A stretch of 64,000 nt of DNA from Squalus acanthias. Its lineage: Eukaryota. Shown piece by piece: positions 37,470-51,639 of the stretch; positions within the stretch are counted from its first letter, which is position 1, and every line of letters begins with the position of its first letter. The stretch lies in NCBI GenBank assembly GCA_030390025.1, contig CM059432.1, forward strand, positions 105,712,001-105,776,000, read 5' to 3'. The translations under genes were made by a program, and so were the position numbers. Below the pieces are notes generated by a model, which was given only the letters and a program-made list of their open reading frames with translations, ran no database searches and had not been told where the DNA came from.

Positions 37470-39950
37470 TAGCAAAGGCCTGAGCTTCATTTCCTTATGC
37501 CCCCACCTCAATGGATTTCGAGCTCAGCACGACGCTGAGCTCTTTTTCTGTTGCCTTCGTCTCTGTGCCCACTTCTTTGGCCAGGAGTCTTCTCCCCGCA
37601 CAGCTGATCCTTTCTCCCATTTTCAGAATTCTCATTCTACCTGGATCCCTCCCTCTGGCCTCTTAACCTCTCTAGATCTTTTCATTGCAAACTTCCAGCG
37701 TGACATCGGCGGTCTCAATTTCTCTGTTCCCCTCACCCACTCCAACCTATCTCCCTCTGAACTTGCAGCACTCCATTCTTTCCAATCCAACCCCAACATT
37801 GTCATTAAACCTGCTGACAAGGGTGGCGCTGTTGTTGTTTGGCGAACCGACCTCTACCTAGCGGAGGCTGAACGCCAACTCTCTGACACCTTCTCCTACC
37901 TCCACCTGGACCATGACCCCACTACTGAACATCAAGCCATCGTTTCCAAGACTGTCACTGACCTCATCTCCTCTGGAGATCTTCCCTCCACGGCCGCCAA
38001 CCTCATAGTTCCCCAACCCCGCACAACCCGCTTCTACCTCCTTCCCAAGATCCACAAACAGGACTGCCCTGGTCGACCCATCGTTTCAGCCTGTTCTTGC
38101 CCCACAGAACTTATCTCTTCCTATCTCAACTCTATTTCATCTCCCCTTGTCCAGTCTCTTCCTACCTACATCCGTGACTCTTCCGATGCCCTCCGACACT
38201 AACAGTTTCCAGTTTCCTGGCCCCAACCGTCTCTTCACTATGGACGTCCAATCCCTCTACACCTCCATCCCCCACCAGGATGGCCTGAGATCGTTCCGCT
38301 TCTTCCTTGAACAGAGGCCCAACCAGTCCCTTTCCACTACCACCCTCCTCCGCCTGGCTGAACTTGTTCTCACATTGAACAACTTCTCCTTTGACTCCAC
38401 TCACTTCCTCCAAATTAAAGGTGTTGCTCTGGGAACCCGCATGGGTCCTAGCTATGCCTGCCTTTTTGTGGGATATGTGGAACATTCTTTGTTCCAGTCC
38501 TACTCGGGTCCCCTCCCTCACCTCTTTTTCCAGTACATTGTTGACTGTATCGGTGCAGTTTCCTGCTCTCGCCCTGAACTAGAAAATTTCATTCACTTTG
38601 CTTCCAATTTCCACCTTCCCTCACCTTCACATGGTCCAACTTCAACTCTTCCCTTCCTCGACTTCTGTGTCTCCATCTCTGGGGATAGGCTATTGACAAA
38701 CATTCACTATAAGCCCACTGACTCCCACAGCTACCTGGACTACACTTCCTCCCACCCCGCTTCCTGTAAGGACACTATTCCATTCTTCCAGTTTCTCCGT
38801 CTCCGCCGCATCTGCTCTGACGATTCCACCTTCCATACTAGTGCTTCTGACATGTCTTCCTTTTTCCTCAACCGTGGATTCCCCTCTACCGTGGTTGACA
38901 AGGCCCTTGACCATGTCCATTCTATTTTCCGCACTTCTGCTCTCACCCCTTCCCCTCCCTCCCAGAACCACGATAGGGTTCCCCTGGTCCTCGCCTTTCA
39001 CCCCACCAGCCTCTACATTCAACGTATCATCCTCCGCCATTTCCGCCACCTCCAGCATGATCCCACCACCAAACACATCTTCCCCTCACATCCCCTTTCA
39101 GAATTCCGAAGGGACCGCTCCCTCCGCGACACCCTGGTCCACTCGTCTATCACCTTCCCACGGCACCTTCCCGTGCAAGCGCAGGAGATGCAACACCTGC
39201 CCTTTTACCTCCTCCCATTCCGCTGTCCAGGGCCCCAAACACTCCTTCCAGGTGAAACAGCGATTTACTTGTACTTCTTGCAATTTAGTATACTGTATTC
39301 GCTGCTCACAATGCGGTCTCCTCTACATTGGGGAGACCAAACGCAGATTGGGTGACCACTTTGCGGAACACCTCCGTTCAGTCCGTAAGGGTGACCCCGA
39401 ACTTCCGGTCGCCTGGCACTTTAATTCTCCGCTCCACTCCCACTCAGACCTCACCGTCCTCGGCCTCTTACACTGTTCTAACGAAGCTCAACATAAGCTT
39501 GAGGAACAGCACCTCATCTTTCGATTAGGCACTTTACAGCCTTCTGAACTCAACATCGAGTTCAACAATTTCAGACTATAACCTCTGCCCCTATTTCTTT
39601 TTTCCTCTCTCTCACATGGCAGCTGTTGATGATTCTGCCATTGCCATTTACACTTCATCTAGAGTAATCTTTTGTTTCTTAACTCGTCCCATTACCATCT
39701 CCTTTTGCCTTGCACCATCATCCCTTTTGTCTTTTAATCTCTCCTGCCTTCCATCCTATCACAGACCTTCCCTTTTGTTCTTTCCTCCCCTCCCCCTTTT
39801 CCCTGCCCCTACACTTGCTTAAAAACCTGTTACATCTCGAAGGGTCATCGACCTGAAACGTTAACTCTGTTTCTCTCTCCACAGAATTATTCCAGCATTT
39901 CCATTTTTATTTCAGATTTCCCGCATCCGCAGTATTTTGCTTTTGTATTT
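37470..39950 (+). mobile_element. Penelope-like retroelement (RT + Cys-rich linker + GIY-YIG endonuclease + pLTR), decayed; probably Neptune-type
   Basis: Motifs KGLSF, KPADKGGAVV, FYLLPKIHK, MDVQSLYTSIP, GVALGTRMGP, YIVD (catalytic site mutated), LPFLD, HYKPT, CKRRRCNTC, VYCIRCSQCGLLYIGETKR...EH. Confidence 0.92.
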
Positions 39951-40346
39951 GTTTTTTTACAGTTTTTTTTTAAATTCTCTGCATCATCTTGTAAAGGCCA
40001 TCTCGGTTTCTGGAATAACACCCATCTGTGGCTATTCTCTCACAGTATACTTATTAACCAGCAATGAATAATATGCATTTTGAAAGCTATATTGACTTTG
40101 AGAAATAGTTTTCATTGACTTTCATAAAGTCTGTTCGTATATACAGGAGGTTTGTGTCACTTTGTTTACAGAACTTGTTCCATTAAAGTGTTAAGTCATT
40201 CAAGAGAATGATGCAATAAGGCATGTTGTAGTATGACGATTTTAAAAATGCTCATTTGATAGAGTAGGTGCAGCTGTGGTTCAGAACCACTGTACTTCCA
40301 CCTTGGTGATCTCAGATTGAATTAACGCAGACTAATGATGTATTAT

Positions 40347-40547
40347 ATCCATGTTTGGACCAAGGCTGTAATGAGGTCTGGAGCCAAGTGGTCCTGGCAG
40401 AACCCAAACTGAGCATCAGTGAGCAGGTTATTGGTGAGTAAGTGCCGTTTGATAGCACTGTCGACAACACCTTCCATCACTTTGCTGATGATTGAGAGTA
40501 GACTGATGGGGTGGTAATTGGCCGGTTTGGATTTGTCCTGCTTTTTA
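40347..40547 (-). mobile_element. Family-A LINE internal fragment
   Basis: Reverse complement matches 1340-1459 joined to 4866-4950, i.e. the empty site of the first CR1 insertion. Confidence 0.8.
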
Positions 40548-41009
40548 TTTGGACAGTAATAAAGAACAGGGTGCTCATCAATGGCCCCTATCTAGATGGC
40601 TCAGTTACTTCTTCAAAAGAGCATGTTCACAAGAATTGATCCCTGTAACTCTCCATTTCAAATTCCTCAATAGCAATCTTGATGAGGAAACCCTAGCCAG
40701 GGATGCATGTTACATCTACACAGTGAATGGACAAGCCTTTAAGGAGATTACACATTAAAAGGACCTGGGAATAATGGGGAATAAAACAGTTTTCATTGTT
40801 TGTCAGCAGTTAACAAGGTGGTTTGTGTCCAAGGAAATAATATTAATTCTATCTAAGGGCATACTGAGACCTTTTCTGGGTCAAGTCTTCAAAATGTGTT
40901 GCATAAAAATCAAATGAGCGATTCCAGGTCTGTTGCCACTTTCACAGTAACTAGACAGGGTGTGATTTGTACAGTGTAAGCAATTGTGGATTTATCAATA
41001 AAATTAAAA

Positions 41010-41145
41010 AGCAAAAGACTGTAAATGCTGGAAATCTAAAGAAAAAACAGAAACTTCTGGAACCACTCAGCAGGTCAGACAGCATCAGTGCAGAAAACAG
41101 ACAAGTTAAAAGTTTCAGGTGTAACTCTGTCAGAATTGGAAGAAA
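41010..41145 (-). mobile_element. Degenerate Penelope pLTR remnant with decayed hammerhead
   Basis: Reverse complement AATT-CTGACA-GAGTTACACCT-GAAACTTTTAAC...GATGCTGTCTGACCTGCTGAGT...TCCAG, homologous to 17460-17566. Confidence 0.65.
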
Positions 41146-41451
41146 ATAGAAAATAAACAGTATTTAAATAGGAACAGAACAAAAAGGGGATGAAAAGAAA
41201 ATGAAAAGAAACAAAAACACACATGAGAGAGGAAGTCTGGGTAGAATGTCTTGTGGTTGGCCTAAAGGAAGAACAGGAGATGGTGATGTGACTGAGGTGA
41301 TACGAACATGAGACAATAGGAAGAAGCATAATGAAAGAAATTAATGACATAAGACAAAGAATATATGAATAGCTGGAGGGGTGGGGGGAGAAGTTAGGTC
41401 TGAATTTGTAAAAAAGCTTTTTGTTAAAATGCTGGATGAGATAAAAGAATG

Positions 41452-44400
41452 ATATGGAACTGATAACTGAATGTTCCAGGGTACTCAACATTTAGGAAGG
41501 ACAGACAAAAAGGAAAAGGAGGTGGCATAGCGCTGTTAATAAGGGATGAGATCGGTACGGTAGAGATAAAAGATCTTGGCTTGGCAGATCGTGATGTAGA
41601 ACTGGAATCAGTTTGGGTGGAGCTAAGAAACAGCAAAGGGCGGAAAACATTGGTGGGAGTTATGTATAGGCCACCAAACAGTAGTGGTAATGTAGGGCAC
41701 AGTATCAATCAAGAGATTAGAAGTGCATGTAACAAGGGCAATACGGTAATCATGGGGGACTTTAATCTACATATTGACTGGGCAAATCAAATTACCACTA
41801 ATGGTGTGGAGGACGAATTCTTGGAATGCATGCGAGATGGTTTCCTGGATCAGTATGTGGAGGAACCAACCAGGGAACAGGCTATTCTGGATCTGGTACT
41901 GTGTAATGAGAAAGGACTAATCAATAATCTTGTGGTAAAGGGGCCTTTAGGGACAAGTGACCATAATATGATTGAATTTTACATTAAGTTTGAGAGTGAT
42001 GTAGTCCAATCTGAAACTAAGGTCTTCAATCTAAACAGAGGAAACTACAAGGGTATGAGGGACAAGTTGGCCATGGTAGATTGGGAGACTACACTAAAAG
42101 GTATGAAGGTGGACATACAATTGCTAACATTCAAGGAAATAATGCATAATTTGCAACAAACATATATTCCTCTAGGGCATAAAAACCCAAAAGGAAAAGT
42201 GATCCAACCATGGCTAACAAAAGAAATTAAAGCTAGTATTAAGTCAAAGGAGGAAGCTTATAAAGTTGCCAGAAAAAGCAGTCAGTCTGAGGATTGGAAT
42301 CTTTTTAGAAATCAGCAAAGGGGGACCAAGAAATTGATAAAGAAAGGTAAAATGGAATATGAGCACAAACTAGCAAAAAATATAAAAAGGGATTGTAAAA
42401 GCTTCTATAGTTTTGTAAAAAGGAAAAGACTGGCGAAGGTAAATGTGGGTCCTTTACAGTCAGAGACGGGAGAATTTATAATGGGGAATGAGGAAATGGC
42501 AGAGAAATTAAATAAATACTTTGTTTCTGTCTTCACGGAGGAAGACACAAAAAACCTCCCAGAAATATGAGAAAACCAAGGGTGTGACGAGAATGAGGAA
42601 CTTAAAGAAATTATTATTAGTAAAAAAAAAAGTACTAGCAAAATTAATGGGACTAAAAGTCGATAAATCCCAAGGACCAAGAGTGCAGTTTGTCACGGAG
42701 TGCAGATCGGAACAGAGTGTTAAACTGCGAGTTTGGTGAGTTCGGGAGTTCGGGGAGGGAGGTGTTCCTTTCTTTTTCCATCTTTGTCAGCTTCCAGAAG
42801 AGCAGGAGCTAAAAAGCTGCACAAAAGGGGACAGAGAACCAGCGGTGAGTATTTCTACATTCCAGTTATTAAAGTAAAAGTAAAGTCTCTAGTTTAGAGT
42901 AAGTCGTGTTTAAAGGGAAGTAAGGTCCCTAGTGTATTTAATATTGTTTAATTTAAAGGGAGTAAATTAAGGGTAGGACATGGCAGGGCAGCTCCTGTGC
43001 TATGTTGGAAGTCAGGGACACTTTAGGTGTCCAGGGCAAACACATGTGCAGGAAGTGTCTCCAGCTGCAGCTACTTGAAATCCGCGTTTCGGAGCTGGAG
43101 CTGCGGCTGGAGTCACTGTGGAGCATCCGCGAAGCTGAGATCTTCGTGGATAGCACGTTTAACAAGGTGGTCACACCGCAGGTAAAGAGTGCACAGGCAG
43201 ACAGGGAATGGGTGACCGCCAGACAGAGTAAAAGAACTAGGAAGGTAGTGCAGAAGTCACCTGGGTCCATCTCCCTCTCCGACGGATTTTCCGTTTTGGA
43301 TACTGATGGGGGAGATGGTTTCTCAGGGGAATGCAGCAAGAGCCAAGTCCGTGGCACTACGAATGGCTCAGCTGCACAGGAGGGGAGGAAAAAGAGTGGG
43401 AGAGCAATAGTGATAGGGGATTCTATCATAAGGGGAACAGATAGACATTTCTGTGGCCGCAGATGTGACTCCAGGATGGTATGTTGCCTCCCTGGTGCCA
43501 GGGTCAAGGATGTCACTGAACGGCTGCAGGGCATTCTGAAGGGGGAGGGCGAACAGTCAGGGGTCGTGGTTCACATTGGTACCAACGACATGGGTAGAAA
43601 GAAGGATGAGGTCCTGCAACAAGAATTCAGGGAGCTAGGTAGCAGATTAAAAAGCAGGATCTCAAAAGGTTGTAATCTCTGGATTACTCCCGGTGCCACG
43701 TGCTAGTGAGTATAGGAATAGGAGGATAGAGCAGATGAATGCGTGGCTAAAGAGTTGGTGCAGGAGGGAGGGCTTTTGTTTCCTGGATCACTGGGTCTGC
43801 TTCTGGGGAAGGTGGGACCTGTACAAGTCAGACAGGTTGCACCTGAACCAGAACGGGACCAACATCCTTGCGGGGAGATTTGCTAGTACTGTTGGGGGGG
43901 GTTTAAACTAACTTGGCAGGGGGATGGGATAAAGAGTGGAGCTATAGTAAGGGGTGATGCACAGCCAAATATAGAGGAAAAAACAAGTCAGCCTGAAAGG
44001 CAGAGCAAATATGTAATAGCACAAGGGAGTATGGCAAGGCTGGATGGCATTTATTTTAATGCAAGGAGTCTTGCGAGTAAGGTAGATGAATTGAAGGTGT
44101 TGATGAACACATGGGAGTATGATATTGTTGCTATCACAGAGACATGGTTGAGGGAGGGGCAGGACTGGCAGCACAATATTCCGGGGTATAGAATCTTCAG
44201 ACGAGACAGAGGGGGGTGTAAAAGAGGAGGGGGTGTCGCAATATTAATCAAGGAGTCAATTACTGCTGTAAGGAGGGATGATATCTTTGCAGGTTCCTCT
44301 AATGAGGCCATATGGGTAGAACTTAAAAACAAAAAGGGGTTAAGCACTTTGCTGGGAGTGTACTATAGGCCCCCAAACAGTCAGGGTAGATAGAGGAACA

Positions 44401-47400
44401 GATATGTAGGCAAACCTCAGGAGGTGTAGAAATAATAGGGTAATAATAGTAGGGGATTTCAACTTCCCCAATATTAACTGGGATAGTCAGAATGTGAAAG
44501 GCTTAGAGGGTGCAAAATTCTTAAAGTGCATCCAGGAGAGCTTTTTGAGCCAGCTTGTAGAAAGTCCTACAAGAGAGGGGGCGGTACTGGACCTAATTCT
44601 AGGGAATGTAGCTGGGCAAGTGGTAGAAGTGTTAGTAGGAGAGCATTTTGGTGACAGTGACCATAATTCAGTGAGATTTAAGGTAGTCATGGAAAAGGAC
44701 AAAGCTGGACCGGAAATAAAGGTTCTAAATTGGGGGAAGGCCGATTTTAATATGATAAGGCAGGATCTGGCCAAAGTGGACTGGAATCAGCTACTTGTAG
44801 GAAAATTCACATCAGAGCAGTGGGAGTCTTTCAGAAAGGAAATAGAGAGAGTACAATGGCAACATGTTCCCGTAAAGGTCAAGGGTGGAACCAACAAGCC
44901 AAGGGAACCCTGGATGTCAAGGGATATACAAGAATGGATTAGGAAAAAAAGGGAGGCTTTTGGCAGATACAAAGGACTAAAAACAGTGGAAGCCCTAGAG
45001 GAGTATAGAAAGTGCAGGGGGGTACTTAAAAAAGAAATTAGGAGAGCGAAGAGGGGCCATGAAATAACACTGGCGGGCAAAATAAAGGAAAATCCCAAGG
45101 TGTTTTATAAGTATGTTAAGGGCAAGAGGATAACCAGGGAAAGAGTAGGGCCCATTAGGGACCAAAGTGGCAATCTGTGTGTAGAGTCAGAAGATGTAGG
45201 TGGGGTTTTAAATGAATATTTTGCATCTGTGTTCACTATGGAGAAGGACGATGTAGGCATAGAAATCAGACAGGGGGATTGTGATTTACTTGAACAAATT
45301 AGTATTGAGAGGGAGGAGGTACTAGCGGTTTTAGCGGGCTTAAAAGTGGATAAATCCCCAGGCCCAGATGAGATGTATCCCAGGCTGCTGTGTGAGGCAA
45401 GGGAGGAGATTGCAGGGGCTGTGACACAAATTTTCAGAACATCTCTGGCCACAGGGGAGGTGCCAGAGGACTGGAGAACAGCTAACGTAGTACCATTGTT
45501 CAAGAAGGGTAGTAGGGATAAACCAGGGAATTACAGGCCAGTGAGCCTAAGATCAGTGGTAGGGAAATTATTGGAAAAAATTCCGAGGGACAGAATTAGT
45601 CTCCACTTGGATAGGCAAGGATTAATCAAGGATAGTCAGCATGGCTTTGTCAGGGGGAGATCATGTCTGACCAATTTGATTGAATTTTGAGAGGGGGTGA
45701 CTAGGTGTGTGGATGAGGGTAGTGCAGTTGATGTGGTCTACATGGACTTCAGTAAGGCTTTCGACAAAGTCCTGCATGGGAGACTGGTCAAGAAGGTAAG
45801 AGCCCATGGGATCCAGGGCAACTTGGCAAATTGGATCCAAAATTGGCTTAGTGGCAGGAGGCAGAGGGTGATGGTCGAAGGTTGGTTTTGTGACTGGAAG
45901 CCTGTGTCCAGTGGTGTACCGCAGGGATCGGTGCTGGGTCCTTTGCTGTTTGTAGTGTACATTAATGATTTAGATATGAATGTAGGAGGTATGATCAGTA
46001 AGTTCGCAGATGACACGAAAATTGGTGGGGTGGTAAATAGCGAGGAGGGAAGCCTCAGGCTACAGGACGATATAGATGAGATGGTTAAATGGACAGAACA
46101 GTGGCAAATGGAATTTAATGCTGAAAAGTGTGAGGTGATGCATTTTGGGAGGACTAACAAGGCAAGGGAATACACAATGAATGGGAGGACCCTAGGAAGG
46201 ATAGAGGATCAGAGGGACCTTGGTGTGCATGTACATAGATCCCTGAAGGCAGCAGGACAAGTAGATAAGGTGGTTAAAAAGGCATATGGGATACTTGTCT
46301 TCATTAGCCGAGGCATAGAATATAAGAGCAGGGAGGTTATGATGGAGCTGTACAAAACGCTATTTAGGCCACAGCTGGAATACTGTGTGCAGTTCTGGTC
46401 GCCACACTATAGCAAGGATGTGATTGCATTGGAGAGGGTGCAGAGGAGATTCACCAGGATGTTACCTGGGCTGCAGCGCTTCAGCTATGAAGAGAGACTG
46501 GACAGGCTGGGTTTGTTTTCCTTAGAGCAGAGAAGGCTGAGGGGGGACCTGATTGAGATGTACAAAATTATGAGGCGCATAGATAGGGTAGATAGAAAGG
46601 AACTTTTCCCCTTAGTAGAGGGGTCAATAACAAGGGGGCATAGTTTCAAGGTAAGGGGCAGGAGGTTTAGAGGGGATTTGAGGAAAAACTTTTTCACCCA
46701 GAGGGTGGTTGGAATCTGGAACTCACTGCCTGAAAGGGTGGTAGAGGCAGGAACCCTCACAACATTCAAGAAGCATTTAGAAGAGCACTTGAAACACCAT
46801 AGCATACAAGGCTACGGACCAAGCGCTGGAAAATGGGATTAGAATAGACAGGGCTTGATTGCCGGCGCGGACACGATGGGCTGAAGGGCCTCTTTCTCTG
46901 CTGTATAACTCTATGACTCTATGACCGGATGACCTACATCCTAGGGTTTTGAAAGAGGTGGCCATTGGGATAGTGGACGCATTGGTTGTCATCTTACAAA
47001 ATTCTATAGATTCTGGAACAGTTTCTGCAGATTGGAGGATAGCAAATGTAACCCAGCTATTTAAGAAAGGAGGGAGAAAGAAAACGGGGAACTGCAGACC
47101 TGTTAGCCTCACATCAGTAGTTGGGAAAATGCTGGAATCTATTATAAAGGATGCAATAACTGGGCACTTAGAAACTAATAGTAAGATTGGGCAGAGTCAA
47201 CATGGATTTATGAAAGGGAAATCCTGTTTGACAAACCGATTGGAGTTCTTTGAGGATGTAACTAGTGGAGTAGACAAAGGGGAACCGGTAGATGTGGTGT
47301 ATCTGGATTTCCAGAAGGCCTTCGATAAGGTCCCACACAAGAGGTTGGTGAACAAAATTAGGGCACATGGAATTGGGGGTAATATACTAGCATGGATTGA

Positions 47401-48495
47401 GAATTGGTTAACAGACAGAAAATAAAGAGTAGGGATAAACGGGTCTTTTTCAGGATGGCAGGCTGTGACTAGTGGGGTACCGCAAGAATCGTTGCTTGGG
47501 CCCCAGCTATTCACAATCTAGATCAATGATTTGGATGAGGGGACTAAATGTAACATTTCCAAATTTGCTGATGATGCAAAGCTAGGTGGCAGTGTCAGTT
47601 GCGAAGAGGATGTGAAGAGGCTTCAATGGGATCTCAACAGGCTCAGTGAGTGGGCGAGAACATGGCAGATGGAATATAATGTGGATAAATGTGAAGTTAT
47701 CCACTTTGGTAGAAAAAACAGAAAGGCAGAGTATTTCCTAAATGGTGAAAGATTGGGGAATGCAGATGCTCAAAGGGCCCTGGGTGTCCTTGTACATGAG
47801 TCACTGAAAGTGAATGTGCAGGTGCAGCAAGCCATTAGGAAGGCAAATGGTATGCTGGCCTTCATTACAAGAGGATTTGAGTACAGGAGTAAAGAAGTCT
47901 TATTCCAATTATATAGGGCCTTGGTGAGACCACACCTGGAGTACTGTGTACAATTTTGGTCTCATTACCAAAGAAAGGATATACTTGCCATAGAGGGAGT
48001 GCAACGAAGGTTCACGAGATTGATTCCTGGGATGGGGGACTGTCGTATGAGAAGAGATTGAGTAAACTAGGCCTGCATTCTCTTGAATTCAGAAGAATGA
48101 GAGGGGATCTCATTGAAGCATACAAAATTATTACAGGGTGATAGGGTGGATGCTGGGAGAATGTTTCCCTTGGCTGGGGAGTCTAGAACCAGGGGCCACA
48201 GCCTCAGGATAAAGGGTAGGCCATTCAGGACTGAGATGAGAAGAAATTTCTTCACACAGAGGGTGGTGAATCTTTGGAAATCTCTACCCCAGAGGGCTGT
48301 GGAGGCTCAGTCATTGGGTATATTCAAAACAGAAGTTGATAGATTTCTGACTAGTAAAGGCATCAAGGGATATGGCGATAGGGCCGCTGAATGGAGTTGA
48401 GGCAGAAGATCAGCCATGATCTCATTGAATGGCGGAGCAGGCTCAAACGGCCGAATGGCCTACTCCTGCTCCTATTACTTATGTTCTTATGTTAA
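41452..48495 (+). mobile_element. CR1 family-C ORF2 copy split by a full-length CR1
   Basis: ORFs 41581-42570 and 46949-48400. Reading resumes at KSQG|PDDLHPRVL. Tail (TTCTTATG)n at about 48476-48492. Confidence 0.85.
42679..46922 (+). mobile_element. Full-length CR1 LINE (about 4.2 kb): 5' UTR, ORF1 (Cys-rich/zipper/SGNH esterase), ORF2 (APE-RT)
   Basis: TSD GACC at 42675-42678 and 46923-46926. ORF1 about 42980-43910 (IGDSIIRG, HIGTND). ORF2 44031-46842 with a frameshift near 44390-44420 and an in-frame TGA at 45688. Tail CTCTATGACTCTATGA. Confidence 0.92.
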
Positions 48496-48631
48496 CTTCA
48501 AAATAAAGGGAGCGAACACTTTGTAAATTTGGGCGCAAGTACACTAGCAAATGGGCACAGAGTGTCTCTGATGTCACCTCAACTGCCTTGTATTCCCGGT
48601 TAGTGCTGGTCGTCTTCCTCCAAAAAACATA

Positions 48632-49396
48632 GGCCTAGAAATTTGACTCGGAGGCTTGCCGCGGGGGTAAGGATCGCGCGCGATATCACCCACCGCGCCG
48701 GCCGTTGTGTTTTGGGCCCACAGGAACTTCGGGTCCCGGGCCTCTCCCTAGTGCCGGCGCGCAGTGCTTGCGTGTTCCAGGGGTGCAGTTAGTGCGATGC
48801 GACCCCTGGGATCACGTGGGCCATGGAGAGCCAATGGCAGCAGACCATCTTTCATTCATAGATTTGACAGGAGACCTGCCAAATCTGTGAATTGAAATCA
48901 GCCCCAAAAGAACAGCTAAACCTCAAATAAATTTAAAATAAAACCCATCACATTAATAAAATAACTATAGTTAAATAAATTAACCACTTTAAACAAAAAT
49001 TTAAATTTTTGAAAAAATTAAAATACTTTTTAAAAGTTATAAAAATAAACTTACCTTTCTTTAAAGTCTCTAAAAAAGATAAACCTGTTGAAAAAAATTT
49101 AAAATTATACTTAATTTACTACTTACCTTGTTCAAAAGGGGTCTTACGCCTCCTTTTTACTTGCATAGAATCTTCCATACTTACCCTCGCGTTCAAACCT
49201 GAAAAAAAACCTAAGTGTGCTGCGTGCGCGCAGCCTCTAGTGCGCACGCGGTTCACCTAGGAACCACCCCCTTCGCCATACCGGAAGTGCCGGTTTCCCA
49301 CGCATGCGCAGTGCATGCAGGAAACCGGCACTTTGGGAACGAATACGGGTGAGTACGCACTGAGTACTCACCCGAGAACGGCCGAATTTTTGGGCC
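48632..49396. mobile_element. Harbinger-like MITE
   Basis: Ends GGCCTAGAAATTT / GAATTTTTGGGCC, with flanks ATA/ATT. GC-rich ends and an AT-rich core. Confidence 0.65.
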
Positions 49397-49479
49397 ATTG
49401 ATACAGAGGGATTCCCACAGGGAAACCCATTGTGGCACTATTGCAGCTGTTGGGAAAAATAGCTGTGTGCAGCATTCAC

Positions 49480-49960
49480 AATCTGAGATAATCTGGCTCT
49501 GCAAAGTATCCAGGAGGAGTATATACACATACAATGTTAGAGAGTTGTGGTGCTGCTGCAGAGGAATGCTGACCTTGAAGATCAGCTCTGCAACACACTT
49601 AGGGAGGAAAAGTTTCTGGAAGACACGTTCCAGAAGATGGTTATCCTACAGATAGACAGAAATAGTGAAAGACAGAAATAGTGAAAGAGCGAGATGGAAA
49701 TGGGTGACTGCCTGCAGAAGGGAAGAGGGGGAAATAGGAGGAGCCAGCAGAGGAAAATATTGAATGTGCCTAAAAGACATACAATTCTCAACACCCATGA
49801 GAACAAGGACAGAAGCACAAAGGAGAGTAATCAAGAGCAACCTCTCATCATTGTAGATCAAGGGGTTATCCATGGGGGAAAGAGAGACTCTTACCATGAG
49901 AACAGGAGACTGGTAGTTGTGTGGATTCTATAATTAGAGGAGTGGACAGCCCATTTTGCA
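49480..49960 (+). mobile_element. Very decayed CR1 ORF1 remnant
   Basis: Traces of DTFQKMV and VVVxDSIIRGVD motifs. Confidence 0.45.
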
Positions 49961-49974
49961 TTCGTGGCCAGAAG

Positions 49975-50870
49975 TACAAGAGCGCTGTCACCTGCTGGAA
50001 GAAGACCTGCAGCCACAGTCTTAAGCTGCCACAGTTCCTTTAATGCCAATAAAATTAATAGCATTCATTTTGTTTTGCTACTGAAGGGTTTTAGGAGGCC
50101 ACAGGTGACACTGCCTGAATCAGCCAGTCAACAGTGCATAGATGCAATTACAAGGTCACTGATGCCCTGTTTACCGGGGAAAATTATTATATAGTTTTCT
50201 ATAGATGGCAAGGAACAGCAAGCACATGCGCTTGATTTTTACCATCTTGCTAGCTTGTCCAGGGTGCAAGGTGTAATTGGCAGCACCCATGTTGGTCTGC
50301 AAGTTCCAACAGATAGAGGTGTCTCTTCCATGAATTGTAAGTGGTACCACTCAGTGAACAGATAGTGTGTGATCGCTGTCACAAAATAATGCAGCTGAAT
50401 TCCAGGTTCCCCAGCAGCTCACATAATGCATTAATCCTTCACCAATCCAGTATTTCATCCTGGTTGAGGAAGGACAGGGATCGAAGGACTAGCTGCTAAG
50501 GGTGGTTTGCTCTCCACTGATGCTATGCTTCATGAGTCCTCTGTATTCACCAGGTACTGACTGCAGCAGACTAGAGGTTCAATGATGCTCATGCCTCCAC
50601 TGTCAAAAATACCATCAACATACTGAAATGAGTTCCACTGTTCCATTCAAGTGCAATCCAACAAAGGTGTCCAAGATCATTGTGGCTTGCTGTGTTCTCC
50701 ATAACCTGGCTATCAAGAGGGGCATCCAACACACAAGCTAGAAGCACAGTAGGCAGTGGAGCAGCAGGATGATGTGCCAATAAGGAAGATGAGGAGGCAG
50801 ACAGATCAGAAGGTTGCAAAGCTCACACTGGTAGAACCATACTGGAGAAACCTTATCATAGACACATTCT
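49975..50870 (+). pseudogene. Ancient Harbinger transposase relic
   Basis: Decayed CHLLEEDL, KVTDALF, RVQGVIGSTHV, YHSVN, VCD, SRFPSSSH, CCVLHNLA motifs. Confidence 0.7.
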
Positions 50871-51639
50871 CCTACCCATTTAAGCCATTGCAACACAGCC
50901 TTTCCATCCCTCACTCCTTATACAATAAAAACATCCATCAAAACTCGCTACTTTGATGGGGTACTTAAACTTCCAAAAGTCATTTGATAAAGTTCCACAC
51001 AAAAGATTACTAATTAAGCTTAAATCTGTGGGATTCAGGGCAAAACTTGGGTATGGATAAGAAATAGCTGTAGAAAACCACAGGTACTAGTTAGAGGAGT
51101 AATGTCATGGTGGGAGGGAAAACTGAACGGGGTGCCCCAAGGCTAGGTGTTGGGATGACTAATATTTGTAACTGAGGTCTCATTAAGGTTTTATGTAGGT
51201 GCATCATACCTCTTGGTTTTCCATGTTGGCTGCTGAGTCTGGGGATGTGGACTTCAAAGGGCCTTTCTTTAAAAGGATACTCTGTGGGGGAAAAATTCAG
51301 CATCGCCCATTTTGGGGCGCTAACATCGGCCGGGCGCAAATTTTAGCACCCGGCACAAATTATCGCCACTGACCACGAAATTCATCTCCAGCACCCCTGG
51401 AGGTGATTGAAGTGCTAAATCAAGTGCTACACACCTCTCTTAGGGCGCTAACATCGGGGAACGAGGCGCTACCTCAAAGCGCTACTGAAGCTCAGGCAAT
51501 GTCAATTACCTTGTACTCAGACAGACTGGTGCCGTCCAGTTCTTATAGGGGAGGGTCAATCTTGCTGCACAGACACACCCTGCTCATTGCAGCGTTTAAC
51601 CTCAGTCTGCAAGCAGGTAAAAATCTTCAGCAAAGATTC

